From: an uncultured virus (IMG/VR IMGVR_UViG_3300048581_000026)
Taxonomy: Duplodnaviria > Heunggongvirae > Uroviricota > Caudoviricetes
Direction: 5' to 3' (one strand)
IMG/VR virus record: IMGVR_UViG_3300048581_000026
DNA: 64,000 nt
Shown: piece by piece, positions 57,438-64,000 of the stretch
How the letters are laid out: every line of letters begins with the position of its first letter
How positions within the stretch are numbered: position 1 is the first letter of the stretch
Position numbers and translations under genes: made by a program
The notes under the pieces: generated by a model
Database searches by the model: none
Told to the model about the DNA's origin: nothing
What the model saw: the letters and a program-made list of their open reading frames with translations, nothing else

Positions 57438-57754
57438 TCAATGCATTCTTTAATGATCCTGTATTTGGTCTCAGTGTATTGCTTGATCCGCGTGCCTCTA
57501 AGACATTCTCCTTGGACTGGGGCACTGAGTGGCTTGATGCTGGTGATGCCATACTTACAACTACATGGAATGCAGACACAGGCATGACAATTGTTGGCTC
57601 CAGCATGGTTAACAATATAACCACAGTGGAACTAATGTGTGCTGTTGCAGGAAACTACAATGTCACAAACACAGTGACTACGGCCGGCATCGCTGGCTCA
57701 CCAGGCATTACAGATGCCAGAACATTCACAGTTCAGGTCAGGGAGGTGCGATGA
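57434..57754 (+). CDS. Fibre-tail adaptor-like protein
   Basis: DP.....F.LDW..WL..GD.I...W...Y.VTN.VTT.G...D.RT. Confidence 0.7.
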   Translation: MINAFFNDPVFGLSVLLDPRASKTFSLDWGTEWLDAGDAILTTTWNADTGMTIVGSSMVNNITTVELMCAVAGNYNVTNTVTTAGIAGSPGITDARTFTVQVREVR

Positions 57755-58146
57755 TGATTGTTATGCAAGGAACTCCACCTATTATTGTCTCGCAGCAGTT
57801 TGAGGCCTGGGCTTATCGTGGTGTTATAGCTGTTCTATTCTATGTGGTTGGCTGGATGATGGTAGAACGCATCAAACACCAGAATAAAATCTGGGGTGTT
57901 GTTCAAGACAACAAAAAGAATAGCGAAATAGCACTTGCAGAAGCAAGAAAAGAATTCACAACTGCATTGAAAGAAACAATGCAAAATTTTAGTGGATCTC
58001 TTGGCCAGCTGAATACCACAGTCAAAGAAGTAGGTGACACTCTAAGAGCACTACAGCTCACCATTGGTAAAGAATATGCAACCCGTGTTGAACTGCGTGA
58101 TCTTCGTGATGAACTCAAGCAGGAAATCAGGGATAAAGACAGCTAA
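57751..58146 (+). CDS. Single-TM coiled-coil protein (holin- or spanin-like candidate)
   Basis: One TM followed by a coiled coil; GGAGG RBS. Confidence 0.6.
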   Translation: MMIVMQGTPPIIVSQQFEAWAYRGVIAVLFYVVGWMMVERIKHQNKIWGVVQDNKKNSEIALAEARKEFTTALKETMQNFSGSLGQLNTTVKEVGDTLRALQLTIGKEYATRVELRDLRDELKQEIRDKDS

Positions 58147-58347
58147 TGCCTGATCTGTGGAGAGACCCATATGGGTGGCTTGGTCCAGATGACTGGCCTT
58201 ATTGGCCCAAAGGCTCAGAATTTGGCGAGGCACCCAATTCCTGTGGAATCAGAGATGGTGAAATGTGCTCTTCAGAAGCAAATATAACGTATAATTAAGT
58301 TGTAAATTGCCACATTCCTGTGGCCTAACCGTCCCTAGGAGGACAAA

Positions 58348-58605
58348 ATGAGTGCTTCCAATTTCCTTTCTGGACTTGAGACCGTTGCTGCGAAGGGCGA
58401 GACTGAACTGTCCGCAATTCTTGCACAGGTCACTGCCCTGCAGGCTTCTCTGCAGGCTGTTGGTGTGGCTTCCCCAGTCATGGCTTCCCTCGCAGCCAAT
58501 CTTCTGGTTGCTGAGGCTTTCCTCAAAATGGCGGTGACTGATACCACTCCCTTTGTGACTGCACTTGAACAGGCTGTGGCTGCACTCATCGCAGCTAAAA
58601 GCTGA
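58348..58605 (+). CDS. Hypothetical amphipathic protein
   Basis: AGGAGG RBS; TATAAT upstream at ~58290. Confidence 0.7.
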   Translation: MSASNFLSGLETVAAKGETELSAILAQVTALQASLQAVGVASPVMASLAANLLVAEAFLKMAVTDTTPFVTALEQAVAALIAAKS

Positions 58606-58618
58606 GGAGATATCTACT

Positions 58619-58843
58619 GTGAGCGACAAGATTGATATTCCAGCTGCTGTTGTGTCTATGTGCTTTAAACCTTCTACCTGGCTGGCGGTTGGAGCCACAG
58701 CACTGGTTGCTCTGATGGTTGGGTGCTTGGCATTTAAGACCATTCCTGCACCACAGCTTGATGCTTTCAAGACTGCTCTCACATTGATTGTCGGTGCATG
58801 GATCATCATCGTTAAAGATGTGTTCAAGGGTGAGGAGAGCTGA
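58619..58843 (+). CDS. 2-TM membrane protein (holin candidate)
   Basis: GAGGAG RBS, GTG start; two hydrophobic helices. Confidence 0.6.
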   Translation: MSDKIDIPAAVVSMCFKPSTWLAVGATALVALMVGCLAFKTIPAPQLDAFKTALTLIVGAWIIIVKDVFKGEES

Positions 58844-59299
58844 TGAAAGTCCTGTATGCTAGATCACCAACTCCAATCTCTGTGGCAATACGGATTGACA
58901 CATGGAGTTCTTGTAGCCATGTTGCTCTTCTGGAATCCGATGGCCGTCACATCATGGAGGCTCGTTTCCCAAAAGTTAGGAGAATTCTTCTGGAAGAATT
59001 CCTCACAGACAATGGAGAGGTGTGGTGCAAAGACATCTACTGTAGAAATGAAGCCAAAGCACTGGCGTGGGCAAGAACACAGATCGGACACAAATACGAC
59101 TGGTCTGCACTGCTTGGATTCCCATTGCATCGGGACTGGTCACACAGGAGAGTGGTGGTGTTCTGAGTATGTTGCCATGGCTTTTGAGAAAGGGGACACT
59201 CCCTTGTTTGACTCGGAAGTTATCAACCGCATTGTCCCAGAACATATGGTCATCATCCACGGAACACCTGTTCTGAATTTCAATCCTGTGATGATCTGA
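58843..59299 (+). CDS. Permuted papain-like (YaeF/YiiX, NlpC/P60) amidase, frameshifted at ~59140-59148
   Basis: SHVALL...EA...QIG.KYD in one frame; catalytic WWCSEYVA in the next frame. Confidence 0.75.
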
Positions 59300-59310
59300 A
59301 ACATTTACAG

Positions 59311-59360
59311 AATAAATAGATAATGGGCTCAGCACATGGGCCCATTATCTATTTATTTTT
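59311..59360. terminator. Bidirectional intrinsic terminator between convergent operons
   Basis: 21-bp inverted repeat AATAAATAGATAATGGGCTCA...TGGGCCCATTATCTATTTATT followed by T-run. Confidence 0.85.
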
Positions 59361-59406
59361 ACGCCATTTAGTCACTGAAGCGCATATGTCACCTCCTGAT
59401 AAAAAA

Positions 59407-59607
59407 TCAATCACTCCAATCTGCTGTTTCTTGCTGAATTAATTCTTCTGAAGATATATCTGTTTCTTCCATGCATTGAGGACAATAGACGAAACCACGA
59501 TACCTTCCATTGCCATCTCTAGCTATATGAAGTCTCTGTGGTGCCATTCGAACGTAATCCCAGCAGCCAAATTCACACAACAGACCGAGACATTCCCGTT
59601 TGGCCAC
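59407..59607 (-). CDS. Small Zn-ribbon protein
   Basis: CEFGC...CPQC. Confidence 0.55.
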   Translation of the reverse strand: MAKRECLGLLCEFGCWDYVRMAPQRLHIARDGNGRYRGFVYCPQCMEETDISSEELIQQETADWSD

Positions 59608-59610
59608 GCA

Positions 59611-59943
59611 TCACAGTCCTGTGCTGCCATTGCCAATGCTGCCTATGCTTCTGTTGCTTTCACCAGAAATTAGACCTGGTTTTTTGTCTTTATCTTCCTG
59701 ATCCTCTGCCAGCTGGACGGCATGTTCATGAGTGACCATGTCAAGATGAAGTCCATCTTCCAGGTCTCTGACAAAGACAGCCCCATTGGGGAATTTCTTC
59801 TCCAGTTCAATAATATCCTGTGGGGTAATTGTCTGGCTCCCACCCATCTTAAAGATCAGCAGTGCACAGATCTTGTGCCACTGGATGTGCATAGGGACCA
59901 GACGGCCATTGGCCTCACCATTGACTTTATCATTATCGTCCAT
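59611..59943 (-). CDS. Hypothetical protein
   Basis: AAGGAG RBS before ATG 59943. Confidence 0.65.
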   Translation of the reverse strand: MDDNDKVNGEANGRLVPMHIQWHKICALLIFKMGGSQTITPQDIIELEKKFPNGAVFVRDLEDGLHLDMVTHEHAVQLAEDQEDKDKKPGLISGESNRSIGSIGNGSTGL

Positions 59944-59944
59944 G

Positions 59945-60370
59945 TCATTTCTCCTTGGGACATCTGCTGTTGAATTTCTCAATCAAATGCTCCAGCTCCA
60001 CATCCTGAGCCATCAGGTGCTGCTGAATGCTTGTGCTCTCGTGAAGGATTGCCTCCACATCCTTATATGTGTCATCTGCTTGTTTGTCAGCTGCATCGCC
60101 ACTTACCTTCTGACCGACCATGATTATTGACAACAGGACCAGCTGAAGAAAGGTCTGTGCAATCCACGCAATGAGAGCAGCCAGACCAGAGTGAATTGCC
60201 TCTGGTAGACTCAGAAGGGCAAGAATGGCAAAGGCATAGGCACACCACATGGTTCCAACACCTGCTGTGATCTTCACCCCAAGCCATGAATTAAATGTGT
60301 CTGCCTCCTTATTCAGCACCCTACCTTTTCGCAGCTCGATGTGTGGATGCGGAATGTGTTCATACAACAT
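59945..60370 (-). CDS. DUF1003-like membrane protein
   Basis: IT..VGTMWCAYAF...WIAQTFLQLVLLSIIMVGQ. Confidence 0.75.
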   Translation of the reverse strand: MLYEHIPHPHIELRKGRVLNKEADTFNSWLGVKITAGVGTMWCAYAFAILALLSLPEAIHSGLAALIAWIAQTFLQLVLLSIIMVGQKVSGDAADKQADDTYKDVEAILHESTSIQQHLMAQDVELEHLIEKFNSRCPKEK

Positions 60371-60677
60371 GTTTATACCTATCTTCTATGGCAGAAAATA
60401 TTTCCCGCAGAATATCTGGCTCCATTCTGAAGTCACGAAACGCATGAGTAAAAGCACTCAATGGAACACCATGCTGCAGGCCAAGTGAAACTGCCACAGC
60501 AAATGCATTGAGCACGTCCCGGCTGAATGTTCCCTCTTTGCTGGAATCAAGGAAAATTTCCCCCAGTGATCCATCTTCATATTCCCCAGTCGAAACATGA
60601 ACCGAAAGTTGGCCTGAACCTGCAGTGAAGCTTATGCCTCTGCGCCTGTTCGGAAGCTTTTCCCTTGGACTCGTCAT
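60360..60677 (-). CDS. Stand-alone TSCPD-domain protein (class II ribonucleotide reductase C-terminal-like)
   Basis: REKLPNRR.G...GEYEDG.LGEIFL...KEG...FA.AVSLGLQHGVPL. Confidence 0.8.
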   Translation of the reverse strand: MTSPREKLPNRRRGISFTAGSGQLSVHVSTGEYEDGSLGEIFLDSSKEGTFSRDVLNAFAVAVSLGLQHGVPLSAFTHAFRDFRMEPDILREIFSAIEDRYKHVV

Positions 60678-60934
60678 TGAATGGTCCTGGTTCTATCTTC
60701 ATGCAGCTCATAGATGGTGTCACTGATTTTCCACATGACAAGTCCTAGTTTCTTGCCAGATTCTTCTGCAGCTTCCACCTGATATTCCTGCCACAGTTTT
60801 AGCGACTCTGGTGTGTGTCTTGGCACAAACTCAGGCTCTGGGTCAAGATCAAAGAATGCCTGGAATAGCTCCGCATTGGGTGCGAGAGGATCCTGTCCTG
60901 GCTTGTGAAAAATCATTTTCTGCTGTCTGATCAT
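60674..60934 (-). CDS. Hypothetical protein
   Basis: GAGGAGG RBS. Confidence 0.65.
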   Translation of the reverse strand: MIRQQKMIFHKPGQDPLAPNAELFQAFFDLDPEPEFVPRHTPESLKLWQEYQVEAAEESGKKLGLVMWKISDTIYELHEDRTRTIQ

Positions 60935-61050
60935 CTATTCCTCCTCATTCTCTGCGAATGGATTATCTGCTCCTGTTATGAAGCAGATGCCATACATCAC
61001 GAAGATGATGGCGATGAATTGGGTCATAAGCCACAGATTCTTGACAACAC

Positions 61051-61605
61051 TCATTGCTCCCTCCTGTTTATAGCTGCTCTGTTGGCATCATTGTGAATAA
61101 TGTATTCTGCTGTCTGCTTTGCATTTGCTTGGCCAGATACCTTTGGGAGCACAGTCAGCCATGCATCTACTCCAGGGACACCCATTGTGGATGCAATCAT
61201 GGAGGCTCTGTCTATCGTCCCTTGCCCAGCATTATAGCCACCAAGTGATTTGTGCCAGTTGCCAGAATAACGTGCTTCTAGCCACAGCATGTGGTGGCAG
61301 CCACCTTGAATTGCGCTCTGTGGATCAAATGGTGACGCAGCTTTTGGAAGCCAACCAATTTTCTGATACCAGAGCCATGTCTGATCCATTGCTTGCATCA
61401 GGCCTTTCGCTCCAGCAGAGCTCTGTGCTTTTGGATTGAATCCACTTTCTGCTTGAGCCTGAGCTGCACGATCAACCCAGCGTGTGCCAGCAATCTGCTG
61501 GAAGATGTCTTGATAAGGCACACTTTTACCAACAGCCTGTGGTGCAGGAACTGTGGAAAGCAAAACGGCCACTACAAGGGCCCACCACACCACAACAAGT
61601 GCCAT
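61051..61605 (-). CDS. SLT-family lytic transglycosylase with N-terminal hydrophobic signal or anchor (endolysin candidate)
   Basis: AQAESGFNP.A.S.AGAKGLMQ, YNAG motifs. Confidence 0.9.
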   Translation of the reverse strand: MALVVVWWALVVAVLLSTVPAPQAVGKSVPYQDIFQQIAGTRWVDRAAQAQAESGFNPKAQSSAGAKGLMQAMDQTWLWYQKIGWLPKAASPFDPQSAIQGGCHHMLWLEARYSGNWHKSLGGYNAGQGTIDRASMIASTMGVPGVDAWLTVLPKVSGQANAKQTAEYIIHNDANRAAINRREQ

Positions 61606-61606
61606 T

Positions 61607-61999
61607 TCAGCTCCTTCCCATCACACCAAGAACAATGCAAAGTGGAACTGAAATGAGCAGAGTTGACAGAATGATGCTCTTGGCAAGGTAATTGGTCTCG
61701 TGTCCAACAACTCTATCAGACAGGAGTGAGTTCTCAAATGCCTGATAGATAAGGAATGCAAAATACACTGAAAATGCAACAAGAGGCACTGCAGCAGCCA
61801 GCCTTGGCAGCATGATCTGGGCCTGCGTCACAGCATAATACAGTGGGCTGGAAGCTCCTGCACCAAGCACTGCGAACACAATACTCAGCACAGTGGCCAC
61901 AGAAGCAATGATTGCAGAAAGCAGACGCAAAGATGCCAGGCTTCCCTCCTTCTCTTCTGGGGTAAGGTTCTTGGGATTTTTCAGCAGGTGTTTCAACAT
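61607..61999 (-). CDS. 3-TM membrane protein (holin candidate)
   Basis: Three hydrophobic helices; directly upstream of the SLT. Confidence 0.65.
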   Translation of the reverse strand: MLKHLLKNPKNLTPEEKEGSLASLRLLSAIIASVATVLSIVFAVLGAGASSPLYYAVTQAQIMLPRLAAAVPLVAFSVYFAFLIYQAFENSLLSDRVVGHETNYLAKSIILSTLLISVPLCIVLGVMGRS

Positions 62000-62250
62000 T
62001 ACAACCTCCATCCGACAAGACGCTTATGGGCATACAGCATACCAACAGTGTCATGCTCTGCAGTCATATCCTCCGCATATTTCAGATCATTCTTGATCAA
62101 CAGCACTCCAACTGCCCTGCTTTCTGGTGGCAGTTCTTCCCACACAGGAAGAATTTCATTCCTGACTCTTTCAATCTCTTTTGGCAGTGCTTCAGCCAAG
62201 AACAATAATCGCAGTGCTTCTGCCAATGAAGATCTGGTTGCATCTTTCAT
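61999..62250 (-). CDS. Hypothetical protein
   Basis: GAGGAGG RBS. Confidence 0.65.
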   Translation of the reverse strand: MKDATRSSLAEALRLLFLAEALPKEIERVRNEILPVWEELPPESRAVGVLLIKNDLKYAEDMTAEHDTVGMLYAHKRLVGWRL

Positions 62251-62585
62251 GACTTCCTCCTCTTTGCAAGAATAGTCCCAGGTCTGTGGCCACAATCAGA
62301 CTCCAGCTTAGGTGGTGGTAGTTTTATTTCTCGTTTCCGAACAACCTCTGTCGCAAGCCGGAGTAGATCCAGGTCTAGTTTTGATGCAATTTCCATCAGA
62401 ACCAGAAGTGCTTGGGCTGCTGCAACTTTTATTTCAACAGCATCTGGTTGTGCTCTGTTGCATTCTCCAGCAACAATAGAAGTCCAGTGTGCGGCAAGAG
62501 CACCAAGACCTGGAAGGCACCCTTCACTTCCTGTTGATCTGATCCTCGCCAGGACCACCCTGGTCTGGAGTGGTAGCTCTACCAT
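62247..62585 (-). CDS. Hypothetical protein
   Basis: ORF tiling. Confidence 0.55.
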   Translation of the reverse strand: MVELPLQTRVVLARIRSTGSEGCLPGLGALAAHWTSIVAGECNRAQPDAVEIKVAAAQALLVLMEIASKLDLDLLRLATEVVRKREIKLPPPKLESDCGHRPGTILAKRRKS

Positions 62586-62865
62586 CTCTTTCTCCTTCAA
62601 GCTGTGCTATCCTAGCCCTTGCCTCTACGAGTTCAGCAAATGTTTTGCGCACTTGCGAAGAAGAAACAGACGTCCTGCGTTCACGATTGCGCTCTTGTGC
62701 TCTTTCCGCAACAGCAGGTTGCACTCCGCTGTGCATTGCCATTGAAAATAGTTCTGCAACCGCGATTATTGTTCTTGGCTGAACATACCAGTTGTCACCA
62801 AATTGTATGACCAATGGCCGTTCTTCAATTTCCTTGAATAAGAAGTCTTTTCGCTCTTGATCCAT
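62524..62865 (-). CDS. Hypothetical protein
   Basis: GGAG RBS before ATG 62865. Confidence 0.55.
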   Translation of the reverse strand: MDQERKDFLFKEIEERPLVIQFGDNWYVQPRTIIAVAELFSMAMHSGVQPAVAERAQERNRERRTSVSSSQVRKTFAELVEARARIAQLEGERDGRATTPDQGGPGEDQINRK

Positions 62866-62867
62866 GT

Positions 62868-63902
62868 TCACTCTCCACACAGGAGTTTGTGAATTGCATT
62901 GATTGTATCTGTCAGAAAGTCAAGTCTTTTCTGCACGGAGTCAACTGTCTCTTTCATTCTTGATTTGTCAGCAGTCAGCCTCGTTATGGCGTCTGCCCTT
63001 TGATCTGCAACTGTGGTTGAACTTTCTTTGGCATTACCAAGTTTTCTTATGCGCAATGGAATTTTTGTTTCGAGGTCATCTGTCAGATCAAGACGAAAAT
63101 CAGGAGGTAGCTCATTATTCATTTTTACCAGAAATTCATATTTGCTAAATTTATTTTTCACTGGCTCTGATTTCTGGTAGTCAAACATTTCACATGGAGA
63201 TATTACCCATGGTTTATCCGCACAGGTTGGCTTGAGTTTCAAGTGATTTTCTGGAATAAGCTTGAGTTTCTTTTCTGACTCCTCTTTATAATAGTTAAAT
63301 GGACCGTATGCTCCAATAACTTTATAAGACCAAGAACCATCTTTGTTGTGCTGAATCTCTTTTATTTCCACCCAGCGTTCCATCTCGCCAGGCTCACACA
63401 GAACAACAAGGTGATTTTTGCTGAATTTTGGTCCTGGAAGTTTCCTGAGGTAAGGTTCTTTTATCTTGTTATTTAATCTGTCGAGATAAAAGATACAATC
63501 AGAATATTCATCGTAGCCAATTCTGTCAATTTCAAATGGTGCTGAAGAATGTTTCAGGCCAGCAATTTCCCCCTTTTTGAAAGCTGGTTCCACAGGCAAA
63601 GGTCTCAGATCAAAATCCGCTATGTAATAAGGTTTATCAAAGAGATCAAACTTCACATATTTCATGTTCATACCACCAGAGATCACAGTTGCACCAAATA
63701 TTCCACTTATGAGTGTTCCGATGTCACCTTTATGTATGCTGCCATAGCCATGACCACACAGAAACACCCTTGTTCCACCAGACACTTTAGCCATTTCTTT
63801 CCTCCGATGAATTAAATGTTTGATTACACCAACCAGCACCCATACTGCTAGCCAGAAAACAACAGCACCAGAAGCTTCTTCCAGAATTATAACACCAGTC
63901 AT
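62868..63902 (-). CDS. Hypothetical protein with repeated SH3/KOW-like segments
   Basis: GGAGG RBS; repeated P.F..G motifs; a second RBS/ATG near 63794. Confidence 0.7.
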   Translation of the reverse strand: MTGVIILEEASGAVVFWLAVWVLVGVIKHLIHRRKEMAKVSGGTRVFLCGHGYGSIHKGDIGTLISGIFGATVISGGMNMKYVKFDLFDKPYYIADFDLRPLPVEPAFKKGEIAGLKHSSAPFEIDRIGYDEYSDCIFYLDRLNNKIKEPYLRKLPGPKFSKNHLVVLCEPGEMERWVEIKEIQHNKDGSWSYKVIGAYGPFNYYKEESEKKLKLIPENHLKLKPTCADKPWVISPCEMFDYQKSEPVKNKFSKYEFLVKMNNELPPDFRLDLTDDLETKIPLRIRKLGNAKESSTTVADQRADAITRLTADKSRMKETVDSVQKRLDFLTDTINAIHKLLCGE

Positions 63903-64000
63903 TTATCCTCCTTGTCTTGCCTGCTACACATTTACTGAGATCTCCTATGTGCAATAAATCGGATGTCCTGATCGCCAGCACAGAATGTATCACTTCTCCA

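Overview
The whole window is part of a lytic dsDNA myophage genome. Its gene set and order resemble PB1/BcepF1-like phages: DnaE-type polymerase, DEDDh exonuclease, ThyX-like gene, SNF2 and UvrD helicases, primase, and DUF1073 portal, DUF2213 protease, DUF2184 capsid and DUF3383 sheath. Layout: 1-26.5 kb early, replication and nucleotide-metabolism genes (minus strand); 27.2-59.3 kb packaging and virion operon (plus); 59.4-64 kb a convergent minus-strand block with a lytic transglycosylase. I saw no integrase, tRNA or CRISPR array. Main observations: (1) a ~535-nt intergenic, densely base-paired candidate large ncRNA (680-1213), one of whose hairpin loops is complementary to the terminator upstream of the primase; (2) a second structured, GGA-rich early leader RNA (5461-5745); (3) a candidate DNA-base hypermodification cluster (divergent ThyX, UGM-like flavoprotein, SDR, HAD phosphatase, MazG-like proteins); (4) five TTAC-N7-GTAA palindromic boxes; (5) an apparently circularly permuted baseplate plug protein; (6) a ubiquitin-like (multi-ubiquitin-type) small protein; (7) frameshifts in dnaE and other genes that may be sequencing errors. 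All family assignments come from recognising motifs by eye, not from database searches.
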